Sequence record: NC_052991.1
Direction: 5' to 3' (one strand)
DNA from: Serratia phage KpYy 1 41
DNA: 54,417 bases
In this document: positions 46,264-54,417 of the stretch, in pieces
Layout: each line of letters opens with the position of its first letter
How positions within the stretch are numbered: position 1 is the stretch's first letter
Notes under the pieces: model-generated
Databases searched by the model: none
Told to the model about the DNA's origin: nothing
What the model saw: the letters and a program-made list of their open reading frames with translations, nothing else
Made by a program: the position numbers and the translations under genes

Positions 46264-48292
46264 GCGGAAGCCCTTCGGCCCACGGCAGTTCGGCCGCCAT
46301 GCAGGAGATCAGGTCATCCACGGTCAGCGGGCTGTCTTCCGGCACTTCGGTTACGATTTCATCGTGGATGTGCATGACGATGCGGAAGCCCATGCGGTGC
46401 GCCTTTTTCAGACCTTCGGCGAGCACGTCGCGCGCCAGTGCCTGAACGATGTTTTCCACCAGCTTACCGCCGTGGCTGTAGATCTTGCCCCACTTGGTAC
46501 CGCTGCCTTCCACCTTGCCTTCGTACTGGAAGTTGGTCTTTGTGTACTTCTCACCTTTCTTCGGCCCCTTCTGAACCGTCATCTGGCGCTCGACCAGACG
46601 CGGGCGGAAGTAATACATTTTGCGGCCAGACGGCAGGCGGATGGTCAGGAATGGCTTCGTGTATTCGATGATCAGACAGCCCCATACGACGGCCTGACGG
46701 GTGCGGATAACCTTAAATACCGCGTTTTCGAGGTCATACCATGCGCGCACAATTTCCGGGCAAAGGTCGCGGAACGCCTGTACCGATTCTTCGGCTTCTT
46801 TCTGCGTCATGTGTACGCCCATGTTTTCGGCGTAGCCCCACAGTCCGGTCTTCTTGCCATTCTCGTCCATGTGGCCGCCGCCGAGGCGATAGCCCGCGCC
46901 GAGGGTAGCAGGTTTGGCTTTCGGGCGGTGCGGTTTCGTTTCTTCGTACGGCAGATTCAGCCAGTGCGCTGCAAAGGATCTGTACAGGTCATGCCCGATT
47001 GCCAGCGTGTCGAGGAACCAACGGCAGTCCGTCAGCCATCCGATAACCACGGATTCGATGGACGACAGGTCGGCAACGATGAACTTGTAGCCCGGCGTCG
47101 GGATGAAGGCGGAGCGGATGCAGCCCACCAGCGCGTCCATCGGCTCGCCAACGTACAGCGTCAGCGCATCAAGGTCGCGCTGGTGGATCATCTTGTTGAC
47201 GATGGACAGGTCGGTCACGTCCTCAATCAGCTTCGGCGTTCTCGGCAGGTTTTGGGTCTGGATACGACGGCCAGCCCAACGGTTCGTACGGCTCGCCCCG
47301 GCGAATTGCAGTGAGAAGCGGAAACGTCCATCCTCGCCAGCCGCGTCAATCATGGTCTGGTATTTGGACAGGGAGTTTTTCGCGCTGTTCAGTCGCATCC
47401 GCAGCACGCGGATCGCTTCCGGGTCAACGCCGTTTTCATCGGCTTCACGGATGACCTTGTTTACGGTGTCGCTGCGGAGGTCGCTGAACGGATAGCCGCG
47501 CTCTTTGAGCCACGGTGTTAACTGCGCCGGGGAGTTTGGGTTGTTCAGGCCAGTGATGTCGGCCATTTCTTCGATAATCTGCGGTTTGCGCGCTTCTGCG
47601 AGGGCCAGCGCCGAGTACGCGAATTCACGGTCAATCATCACGCCTGTGTCGTTGATAAACTGATCCAGCGCGTACATGTCCCACTCGGCGTCCAATACCG
47701 GGTACCGCATCAGGCGCGCTTTAATCGCCAGTTCGGTTTCAACGTCCCGGACGTTATATTTGCAGAAGTGCCACCAGTCTTCCGGGTCGGTCGCTTCGTT
47801 GCGCCACTCAAACGGGTTTTTCTTCGTGACGCGCTGCGGCTTGCTGAACAGGTCGATCAGGCGCTTGCCTTCCGGGTCTTTCAGTTTATCTTCCGGTAAG
47901 CCGATTTGCGTGCCGACGGCCAGAAGGTCGCCAGCGAAGCCGAGCATGTAGGCCAGCGCCATCGTACAGCGCCACGCTTTGTACGGTGTCTTGATGCCGA
48001 GAACGCGGCGGGTCATCACGCGTTCGAACTGCGCATTAAAGGCCCATTTCTCCACGTCCGGGTCTTCCAGCGCTTCACGCAGTTCGCCGGGCAACTTTTT
48101 GCCTCGGTGAAGGTCTACGTGCTGCACCGCTCCGCCGTTGATAGACCATGCACCCATCAGCACTTTCGTCGATTCGTCATTCGAATAGCGGTCGAATCCG
48201 CTCGTTTTAAGGTTCACCCGGCTTCGGGATTCATAGTCAAGATTAATGCAATCTGCCACGTCAACGCTCCTATATGAAAAAAGCCCGCACAC
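46220..48292 (-). CDS. DNA polymerase, family A
   Basis: Motif B-like RPKAKPATLGAGYRLG, motif C VMHIHDEIV, and motif A-like region ADLSSIE. 690 aa. Confidence 0.85.
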   Translation of the reverse strand: MCGLFSYRSVDVADCINLDYESRSRVNLKTSGFDRYSNDESTKVLMGAWSINGGAVQHVDLHRGKKLPGELREALEDPDVEKWAFNAQFERVMTRRVLGIKTPYKAWRCTMALAYMLGFAGDLLAVGTQIGLPEDKLKDPEGKRLIDLFSKPQRVTKKNPFEWRNEATDPEDWWHFCKYNVRDVETELAIKARLMRYPVLDAEWDMYALDQFINDTGVMIDREFAYSALALAEARKPQIIEEMADITGLNNPNSPAQLTPWLKERGYPFSDLRSDTVNKVIREADENGVDPEAIRVLRMRLNSAKNSLSKYQTMIDAAGEDGRFRFSLQFAGASRTNRWAGRRIQTQNLPRTPKLIEDVTDLSIVNKMIHQRDLDALTLYVGEPMDALVGCIRSAFIPTPGYKFIVADLSSIESVVIGWLTDCRWFLDTLAIGHDLYRSFAAHWLNLPYEETKPHRPKAKPATLGAGYRLGGGHMDENGKKTGLWGYAENMGVHMTQKEAEESVQAFRDLCPEIVRAWYDLENAVFKVIRTRQAVVWGCLIIEYTKPFLTIRLPSGRKMYYFRPRLVERQMTVQKGPKKGEKYTKTNFQYEGKVEGSGTKWGKIYSHGGKLVENIVQALARDVLAEGLKKAHRMGFRIVMHIHDEIVTEVPEDSPLTVDDLISCMAAELPWAEGLPLGAAGWEGYFYRKD

Positions 48293-48295
48293 GGC

Positions 48296-48322
48296 GGGCC
48301 TTGAATTACCGCCCGAGGGCGT
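48296..48322 (-). terminator. intrinsic terminator/attenuator between the SSB-like and polymerase genes
   Basis: On the minus strand GGCCCGCCGTGTGCGGGC is followed by TTTTTT. It lies immediately 5' of the polymerase start. Confidence 0.45.
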
Positions 48323-48325
48323 AAA

Positions 48326-48922
48326 TTAAACTTCGTCTTCCCAATCTTCGTCTTCATCCCACGCATCAGACGTGTCAACGCGACCTTCACCGAACGGTTC
48401 GTCGTCTTTGCGCTTGAGAACGGAAATCAGGTTGGCGTTGACGCGTTTGCCGAATTTGTTTTCCTGCGACCACGGACGGATGACGACAGACACCCAACAA
48501 CCACCGTAGATCTCTTCCAGAATTTCGGAAGAAGTAGTCAACTCTTCGCGCTCGATGTTATACACATCCGGGCGTTTGCTTTCGCGCGCTGAGATAACCC
48601 ACATCCCTTCGCATTCCGGTTTGTCCGGGAAATCGGTGTCGCCGTCTTTGATGAACAACATGGACGGGGCAACTTTCAGCGCGCCTGTCTTGTGGTTCTT
48701 CTTGGTGACTTCGATCTGCTCACGGATGATTTTCTCGATCTCGCCGTGGCTTTCTTTCGGCATCAAAAGCGTCAGCGAGTATTTCGGCTCGCCGCCGTCT
48801 TCGCCGCCGTACGGCTTATCGAGGTGCGGGTAAGAAGCACGTACGTTAGAAATCTTGATGTGACCAGATTTGTACAGCACGCCATTCTTGACTTTCTTCG
48901 CAGGGACTAATTTCTCGGCCAT
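48326..48922 (-). CDS. DUF2815 ssDNA-binding (T7 gp2.5-like) protein with acidic DEV tail
   Basis: 198 aa, with SYPHLDKPYGGEDGGEPKYSLTLLMPK near the N-terminus, typical of DUF2815. It is partnered with DUF2800 and PolA, and ends DEDEDWEDEV. Confidence 0.6.
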   Translation of the reverse strand: MAEKLVPAKKVKNGVLYKSGHIKISNVRASYPHLDKPYGGEDGGEPKYSLTLLMPKESHGEIEKIIREQIEVTKKNHKTGALKVAPSMLFIKDGDTDFPDKPECEGMWVISARESKRPDVYNIEREELTTSSEILEEIYGGCWVSVVIRPWSQENKFGKRVNANLISVLKRKDDEPFGEGRVDTSDAWDEDEDWEDEV

Positions 48923-48934
48923 CTTAATATCCTC

Positions 48935-48985
48935 GGTTTACTGTTTTACGGGTTTACTTTCTACGGTTTTACGGGTTTACACTTC
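48935..48985 (-). promoter_or_regulatory. repetitive A-rich leader (GTAAAC-like units) upstream of the SSB-like gene
   Basis: On the mRNA strand the leader reads GUAAACCCGUAAAACCGUAGAAAGUAAACCCGUAAAACAGUAAACCGAGGAU-AUG, a 16-nt unit repeated. Confidence 0.45.
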
Positions 48986-50314
48986 GTCATCATCTTCGTC
49001 GTCCCACGCCCCGGAATATTTGCCGTCCAGTGGTGGCCGCTTATCGGTCAGCGGTGCCAGTGTCGGCTTGCCTTCCGGCTTGTAGACTATCCCCGCGATG
49101 ATGTTCGGCGCGCCAGCCCGGGACACGCCCAATTCATCCCTAAGCACTTCTTCCATCTGCGCCGGAGTACGCAGTTTGCGCTCGATGTATTTGTCCTCTT
49201 CGATATCGAGGAACTTGAACAGCGCGATCGCATCTTTCTCGTTGGCGAATTTGCGGTTTGTCCGCGACTCCACCAGCTTTTGACCCGGTACCTTCTCGCC
49301 GTTCATTGCGCGGCGTTCCAGTTCGAAGTCAAGGCGCGAGAACCAGTTTTCGACCACCTTGCGGTATGGCAGGATCTTCGCCATCTGCTCGGTTGTCAGG
49401 TTCCCGAACTGCGCACGCCGGAATTTATACTCCTGCGCCAGCGCATCACGCAATACTGACATTTCTTCCTCCCCGAATTCGGATTCAAGGAATTCCACAT
49501 CCCCGCCCACCGCGCATTCCATCATGTACGCTATCGCTGCGCAGTTATGTGCTGCCCGGCAAAAGCGACACCCTTTCAGGGATGCGCGGCGCGGCGCGGT
49601 AAGGCTCCATGCCGCTGCAATCCGCTCCCGGGCGTACTCCGCAAACTCCAACAACTCGTCAATCGTGATTTCCCACGTATCGAAGTGGTCGAGTCGCGGC
49701 TGCGCAATCCGGATGATGATACGGTCAAACTCGTATTCATCCGCGAAAGCGCGGTACGCACCGTACGCGTAAAGTAGCGCCTGCGGGTTCCCTTCCGCGA
49801 AAACCTGAACGCCAGTACCGTATTTCAGGTCGGTCACGATCAGGGTGCGGTCACGGATGATGATGTTATCCGCCGTTCCGCCCTGTGCGACAAACTCTTC
49901 CGGTTCTTCGTCAGGTTCATCCGGGTTCGCTCGCGGCATCAGGTCGGTGAACCATACCCTGATTTCCGTGAACATTTCACCCTCTTCAAATCGGCACCAG
50001 TCCACATACTCCTGAACGTAGTCGATCATTGAACGCGTGATGGGGATGTCATGACTGACATCGCCTTCCGTGATCGTCTCGACGGTACCTATTAAATGGG
50101 TTGGCCGGACATCCGTTCGCAGCCATTGTTCGGCGATTCCGTGGGCCACCGTTCCTTCCGCCGCCTCGTAGATGGTTTCGTCATGCTCGAAAAGCCCTGC
50201 TATCAGGCTTCCGGAACATGCCATCCAACGCGCTGACGCCGAAGGCGCGAAGATTGAGTGACCGCCACCGCCGAATTCCCGCATGATGCGGACTAACAGC
50301 GACTTACTACTCAT
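48977..50314 (-). CDS. DUF2800 PD-(D/E)XK nuclease with acidic DEV tail
   Basis: The N-terminus HSIFAPSASARWMACSGS matches the DUF2800 hallmark (SxxxRWxxCPgS). It ends AWDDEDDDEV. Confidence 0.65.
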   Translation of the reverse strand: MSSKSLLVRIMREFGGGGHSIFAPSASARWMACSGSLIAGLFEHDETIYEAAEGTVAHGIAEQWLRTDVRPTHLIGTVETITEGDVSHDIPITRSMIDYVQEYVDWCRFEEGEMFTEIRVWFTDLMPRANPDEPDEEPEEFVAQGGTADNIIIRDRTLIVTDLKYGTGVQVFAEGNPQALLYAYGAYRAFADEYEFDRIIIRIAQPRLDHFDTWEITIDELLEFAEYARERIAAAWSLTAPRRASLKGCRFCRAAHNCAAIAYMMECAVGGDVEFLESEFGEEEMSVLRDALAQEYKFRRAQFGNLTTEQMAKILPYRKVVENWFSRLDFELERRAMNGEKVPGQKLVESRTNRKFANEKDAIALFKFLDIEEDKYIERKLRTPAQMEEVLRDELGVSRAGAPNIIAGIVYKPEGKPTLAPLTDKRPPLDGKYSGAWDDEDDDEV

Positions 50315-50636
50315 TCGGATACGCCTTTATCGCATTGAGGAATCGGTGTTGGCCGACTCGCTCAATCGTCGCTACTAATGCCCTAGCGCCTGCCCCGCTG
50401 TAATTATTGCGGCCTGCGTTAAAGCGAGTCTTCGCCACGTCGTCCCACCAGACGTCACATACTCGATAGCCAGATGCAGCATGGGTTACGAGCAGCGGCG
50501 CTTCGTGTTTCGAGACAGGGGAAGTAACTCTGAACAGCACATCGCGATCACCGATCTGGAAACGAAACTCCGCCCACGTACGCGCGAGAACTGCGCCGCC
50601 GGATGTTGCTACGTTGGTGAAAGTAATGCTGGTCAC
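50307..50636 (-). CDS. hypothetical protein (109 aa)
   Basis: ORF between a strong terminator and the nuclease gene. Confidence 0.45.
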   Translation of the reverse strand: MTSITFTNVATSGGAVLARTWAEFRFQIGDRDVLFRVTSPVSKHEAPLLVTHAASGYRVCDVWWDDVAKTRFNAGRNNYSGAGARALVATIERVGQHRFLNAIKAYPNE

Positions 50637-50654
50637 AATTGCCTCTCCGTTGGT

Positions 50655-50684
50655 TGTGAAAAACGGCCCCCCGAAGGGAGCCGA
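50655..50684 (-). terminator. strong intrinsic terminator with UUCG tetraloop
   Basis: On the minus strand CGGCUCCC-UUCG-GGGGGCCG is followed by UUUUU. Confidence 0.6.
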
Positions 50685-50698
50685 TGCGGGGCGAAAGA

Positions 50699-51103
50699 TT
50701 AAACGTCGTCTTCTTCGCCGTTACCGCCTTCATCTTTTTCAGCCAGTTTGGCTTCGCACATTTCGACGATCTCGTCGAAGTGTTCTTCCTTCGCTTCCGC
50801 GACTTTCGCGAGGCCGAAGTGAGCGGTGATTTTCTTGGCTTCCGGCGCGCCGAACGCGTCTTTAACCGCAACGACAGCCGCGACTACTTCGTCTTTGGTG
50901 TGTTTCGGCTTGACCGCTTTGGTTTCAGTTTTGGATTTAGCGCCGCCTTTAGCACCGCCTTTGGCGGTTGTTTTTTCGGTGGTTTCGCTGCCAGCGTCAG
51001 CAGAAGTGTTCACCGCGCCGCCTTTCAGTGCTGCCAGAACGCCTTCCAGCAGGGTGTTGGTTTTTTGTTGTTCAGCCAGCAGTTGTTCGAAGATACCAGA
51101 CAT
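50699..51103 (-). CDS. hypothetical Ala/Lys-rich protein ending EEDDV
   Basis: First gene of the minus-strand replication operon. It has a low-complexity KGGAKGGAK centre and an acidic C-terminus. Confidence 0.5.
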   Translation of the reverse strand: MSGIFEQLLAEQQKTNTLLEGVLAALKGGAVNTSADAGSETTEKTTAKGGAKGGAKSKTETKAVKPKHTKDEVVAAVVAVKDAFGAPEAKKITAHFGLAKVAEAKEEHFDEIVEMCEAKLAEKDEGGNGEEDDV

Positions 51104-51155
51104 AATTTTCTACTCCGTTAAGTGTTTAAAAGGTCGTGTCGTGTTGACGGGATGA

Positions 51156-51185
51156 AGTATGGCCCAAATGCCGAATCGCTGTCAA
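51156..51185 (-). promoter_or_regulatory. minus-strand promoter (TTGACA-N18-CATACT) of the replication operon
   Basis: Reverse complement of tgtcaa at about 51180-51185 and of agtatg at about 51156-51161. Confidence 0.4.
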
Positions 51186-51274
51186 ACACTTTTTTCAAAA
51201 TTTTTTATTCGGGTACCGCAAGCCCTTTGTTTTCCGGACATAAAGCGCCTTTGGTACCCGGATAAATGGCCAAC

Positions 51275-51303
51275 TTGACAGATGTCAAGCCCGGATATAA
51301 TAT
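51275..51303 (+). promoter_or_regulatory. plus-strand promoter (TTGACA ... TATAAT) with overlapping inverted repeat
   Basis: The sequence reads TTGACAgaTGTCAAgcccggaTATAATAT. The -35 element is part of the palindrome TTGACA-ga-TGTCAA. A second inverted repeat, CGGGTACC...GGTACCCG, lies 20-60 bp upstream. Confidence 0.5.
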
Positions 51304-51345
51304 CCGCAAATCTATAACACGCGCACATTACGCGAGGGCATCACT

Positions 51346-51627
51346 ATGCGATTTCCAGATTGGGCTTTAAACGACGACCGTATGCGGGTCAAATTTCTTA
51401 TGATGCAAGCGGCTTTGGAGGTAGACCCGAATGCCAGAATGGCCGAACTGGCGAAGGCAGCGAAGATCAGTTACCCGACATTGTTATGGGCTGTGCAGAA
51501 CAACGTAACGAGCAGCGTGGCCGAGAAAGTTTGCAAAGCCGTCCCTCACTGCGGCATCCGTCCGCATTGGCTGACTAACCCTTCATGGATCAAAACGGAC
51601 AGCGAAACAGGGGAAATCCTTGAATGA
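51346..51627 (+). CDS. small HTH DNA-binding protein (93 aa)
   Basis: The segment ELAKAAKISYPTLLWAVQN is helix-turn-helix-like. It is the first gene after the divergent promoter region. Confidence 0.45.
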   Translation: MRFPDWALNDDRMRVKFLMMQAALEVDPNARMAELAKAAKISYPTLLWAVQNNVTSSVAEKVCKAVPHCGIRPHWLTNPSWIKTDSETGEILE

Positions 51628-54209
51628 ACTACTGGCAAGAGTACGGCGAAACGCTTTGGGGGAATGGGTACACCATCGTACCTATCTACGCCCCGGACGC
51701 CGATAAGAAGGGCGCGGGCAAACGCCCCATCGGCGAAGATTGGGAAAGAACAATCAATGATAAGGAGCAGATCCAGCGTTGGGCGAAACGCTATACGAAT
51801 AACGGCATCGGGATTCTGACCAAATACACCCCGGCGGTTGACATCGACGTTTACGATGAAGACGCCGTGGCGCACATGGCTGACTGGATCGCCGAGAACG
51901 TCGGTGCAGCGCCATGTCGTATCGGCCGGGAGCCGAAGAAACTCTACCTGTACCGAACCGAAAACCCGTTCGCCAAAGTTAAGTCCGGAGTATGGGAAGA
52001 CGATTTCGGTCAGCGCCATGCCGTTGAAATCCTCGCCGACGGACAGCAGTTCGTTGCGTATGGTATTCACCCGGACACCAAGCGGGACTATTACTGGATT
52101 GACGGCGAAAACCCGCTGAACAATGCCGCCGACCTTGACCTCGAAGAGATCAGCCTCGATACCGCTCGCGAGATCGCCGCCGAATTCGACCGATACGCGA
52201 AGGACTTGGGCTGGACAATGGTCAAACGGCCAATGAACGGTTATGAGTCTATCGGTTCGGCCGACGATGACGATTGGGCCGCGCTGTCTGACGTCAAAAA
52301 GTGGGACGGCACGTACGATGAACTGCGCGACATCGTCCTGAAATACCCGAACCCGGAAGATTACGAGAACTACATCACCGTACTGGCCGCGCTGCAAATT
52401 TCCTGCCGCGATCAGGACGAGGCGAAGGCCATTGCCCGCGAATGGGCCATGCAGGCACACAACTTCGACGAAGGTGATTTCGAATACAAGTGGGATAAGG
52501 GCTTCGCGCACAACTCGACTCGACTGATCACGCTCGGCACCATCATCAAAGAAGTGCAGGACATCGAGAAAGCCGAGCAGGAAGAACGCGCCATCGAGTA
52601 CCGCGAGGCTTTCGCCGAGTGTACCGAGGCGAATGACTGGAATGCGTGGGCCGAATCATTCAAAAAAGCGCAGATTTTCGGGCTTACCCGCAAGGCAATC
52701 GTGCAGATTGCGGCAGAAGCATACCGCAGGATCAACAACTTCCGCCTCACTGCGGGCGATAAAAAGGAGCTTTTGGGCTTCGATTATGGGTCGAAAGAGA
52801 CACCGCAGTGGCTGAAAAACTTCGTTTTCTCGAAGGCAAATGACAGTTTTATCGAAAAATCGACTGGCGATTACATCACAAAAGGCGCTTTCGACGTCGC
52901 TTTCGCGAAAAAGTGCGTGTTTGAGGAAGAATCATTCAAGCCTGTCCACTATGCGTCGGTAGTCCGCCCGGTTCCTATCGTTTGGGACGCGATGTACTAC
53001 CCGGCGATGCACGGTGACATGCCGGAATCGGTGTGGAAGCCGAAAGAGGGAGTGATCGGGCCGGAATTCTTTATTGACGACCGTGGGCGTACGTGGCTGA
53101 ACTCTTTTGACCCTGAATCCATTCCGGAGGCCGCGACTGACCTTTCTCCGTACGACAAAAAGGCGCTGGAGATCATCAAAGACTTCTTCATCGTGCTTTT
53201 CCCGAACGAGAAGGAACGCCGCTATGTTCTGGACTGGATGGCGTGGGTTATTCAGCACCCAACGAAACGCATCAACTACTCGCTTCTGATCCGTGGTGCG
53301 CATGGTTCCGGTAAAACGACTCTCGGCATCATCATGTCGCGGATGCTCGGCGCGTCGAACGTGGGCTATGTGTCAAACACCGTGATGAATGGACGTTTCA
53401 GCGATTGGGCCGAAGGTCACATCCTGAAAATCGTGGAAGAGATCTACGACAAAGGCGATCGGTACAGTGCGGTGGAACGCCAGAAGGAATTCATTACAAA
53501 CGACCGCTTCCAGATTGAACCAAAGGGCCGCAAGCCGAAGGAAGTCGTGAACACCAGCAGCAAAATGATGTTCACCAACCACTTCAACGCATTGCCACTC
53601 GATGAAAACCAGCGTCGTTATCTGGTGGTGTCCACGCAGGCCGAAAATCATCTGGACATGGAGCGGGTTTACGGGTCGAAGACTGAACGCGCGCGCTTCT
53701 TCAAAAACGTGTACCGGGCAATCGAAAACCACGCACCTGCTATCAAAAAGTGGTTCCTCGATTGGGAGATCGGAAAGGATTTCGATGCCAAAGGACACGC
53801 ACCGCAGGACACCGAAGCATTCGCGGTCATGGCCGACGCGTCAGACGATGGCGTGGAAGGCGCAATCGCACAAATGCTTCGTGACGGAACGACGCCGGGC
53901 GTACACCGCGACGTCATCTTCGTGCCGTCCCTGAAAAACGCATTCCTCGAAATGACAGACGTGGAAATGCCGAAGACGAACCGCCTGAAAAACATGCTTA
54001 TGGAATTGGGATTCAAGCCGGGCGGCGTGGTCAAATTTGGTGGCGAATCTGGCCGCGTTTATGTCCGGAAGCGGGTCAAAGGGGCATTCGATGACGCGGG
54101 GAAACTTAACTCGTCATGGGTGCAGACTACGTTAAAACGTCATGACGCAGAAGTCGAAAAACTGGTCGGCAAAAAGCCAGACCCGTTTGACGATGAAGAC
54201 GAAGTTTAG
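51624..54209 (+). CDS. DNA primase-helicase (prim-pol / D5-like with P-loop NTPase), acidic DEV tail
   Basis: 861 aa. It has an N-terminal bifunctional primase-polymerase-like region, a Walker A IRGAHGSGKTTL, and a Walker B-like LVVS. It ends DPFDDEDEV. Confidence 0.75.
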   Translation: MNYWQEYGETLWGNGYTIVPIYAPDADKKGAGKRPIGEDWERTINDKEQIQRWAKRYTNNGIGILTKYTPAVDIDVYDEDAVAHMADWIAENVGAAPCRIGREPKKLYLYRTENPFAKVKSGVWEDDFGQRHAVEILADGQQFVAYGIHPDTKRDYYWIDGENPLNNAADLDLEEISLDTAREIAAEFDRYAKDLGWTMVKRPMNGYESIGSADDDDWAALSDVKKWDGTYDELRDIVLKYPNPEDYENYITVLAALQISCRDQDEAKAIAREWAMQAHNFDEGDFEYKWDKGFAHNSTRLITLGTIIKEVQDIEKAEQEERAIEYREAFAECTEANDWNAWAESFKKAQIFGLTRKAIVQIAAEAYRRINNFRLTAGDKKELLGFDYGSKETPQWLKNFVFSKANDSFIEKSTGDYITKGAFDVAFAKKCVFEEESFKPVHYASVVRPVPIVWDAMYYPAMHGDMPESVWKPKEGVIGPEFFIDDRGRTWLNSFDPESIPEAATDLSPYDKKALEIIKDFFIVLFPNEKERRYVLDWMAWVIQHPTKRINYSLLIRGAHGSGKTTLGIIMSRMLGASNVGYVSNTVMNGRFSDWAEGHILKIVEEIYDKGDRYSAVERQKEFITNDRFQIEPKGRKPKEVVNTSSKMMFTNHFNALPLDENQRRYLVVSTQAENHLDMERVYGSKTERARFFKNVYRAIENHAPAIKKWFLDWEIGKDFDAKGHAPQDTEAFAVMADASDDGVEGAIAQMLRDGTTPGVHRDVIFVPSLKNAFLEMTDVEMPKTNRLKNMLMELGFKPGGVVKFGGESGRVYVRKRVKGAFDDAGKLNSSWVQTTLKRHDAEVEKLVGKKPDPFDDEDEV

Positions 54210-54215
54210 TCGATA

Positions 54216-54246
54216 AAAAGGCCGGGAAATCCGGCCTTACTTTTTC
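54216..54246 (+). terminator. rho-independent terminator after the primase gene
   Basis: AAGGCCGG-gaaat-CCGGCCTT followed by TTTTT. Confidence 0.65.
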
Positions 54247-54417
54247 ACACTTCATCATTTTCGGCGTCTGAATAATTCAGCAATTTACACCAGTTTTCGT
54301 CATCACTATCCCCCACCCGGAACGTCACCGATTTACCTAAGCAAACGATCATGTGAAGTATTTTATCCGTGGAGATTGAGACGTCTTTTTTACGGTAAAA
54401 AGTGCTGATATAGGATT

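Noticed and set aside
54370-54400. Near-palindrome CTTTTTTACGGTAAAAAG next to GACGTC at the window end
   Set aside because: Possibly part of a cos site or another regulatory element. It is too close to the window edge, lacks flanking context, and has no supporting second copy.
1-54417. Search for tRNA genes, integrase, CI/Cro-type immunity region and CRISPR-Cas or other defence islands
   Set aside because: None were recognised. Intergenic space is minimal and no tyrosine or serine recombinase motif was seen. Absence is by eye only and should be confirmed with tRNAscan and HMM searches.

Overview
The window looks like a nearly complete genome of a tailed dsDNA phage, probably a siphovirus of a Gram-negative (enterobacterial-type) host. 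GC is moderately high, and coding is dense, with ATGA/TGATG overlaps between adjacent genes. No integrase or CI-like repressor is visible, so a virulent lifestyle is likely.

Layout:
- 1 to 1.8 kb: two or three small minus-strand genes. A roughly 700-bp non-coding control region follows, with a GC-rich stretch, five 27-bp iterons and the first early promoter.
- 1.8 to 13.4 kb: plus-strand early genes, driven by four copies of one conserved sigma70-type promoter. They include an RdgC-like protein, a Dam-family N6-adenine methyltransferase, a PAPS-reductase-like PP-loop protein and a DUF4406 protein (nucleoside 2-deoxyribosyltransferase-like).
- 13.4 to 51.1 kb: minus-strand genes.
  - Lysis cassette: holin-like protein, endolysin with a C-terminal TM anchor, and overlapping i-/o-spanins.
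  - Tail module: a repetitive fibre-like protein, a fibre protein, three tandem paralogs, a lambda-J-like protein, an L-like protein with a Cys cluster, the tape measure, a G/GT-type chaperone pair and a major tail protein with an Ig-like C-terminus.
  - Head and packaging module, clearly lambda-like: E-like major capsid, D-like decoration protein, C-like S49 protease, B-like portal, W-like protein, A-like TerL and Nu1-like TerS.
  - Replication module: SNF2 helicase, VRR-NUC, family-A DNA polymerase, DUF2815 SSB-like protein and DUF2800 PD-(D/E)XK nuclease.
- 51.1 to 54.4 kb: a divergent promoter region, then a plus-strand HTH protein and a prim-pol/D5-type primase-helicase.

The most striking unexplained signal is a shared C-terminal acidic tail, as defined in the first finding. 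It ends at least eight otherwise unrelated proteins: primase, DUF2800 nuclease, DUF2815 SSB-like protein, TerS, RdgC-like protein, PAPS-reductase-like protein, a head-tail module protein and an early protein of unknown function. This suggests a phage-specific docking tag to a common hub.

Other notable points are the promoter family with an invariant spacer, leader hairpins, a (GTAAAC)n leader ahead of the SSB-like gene, and the tandem tail paralogs. Motif coordinates are approximate to within a few nucleotides.
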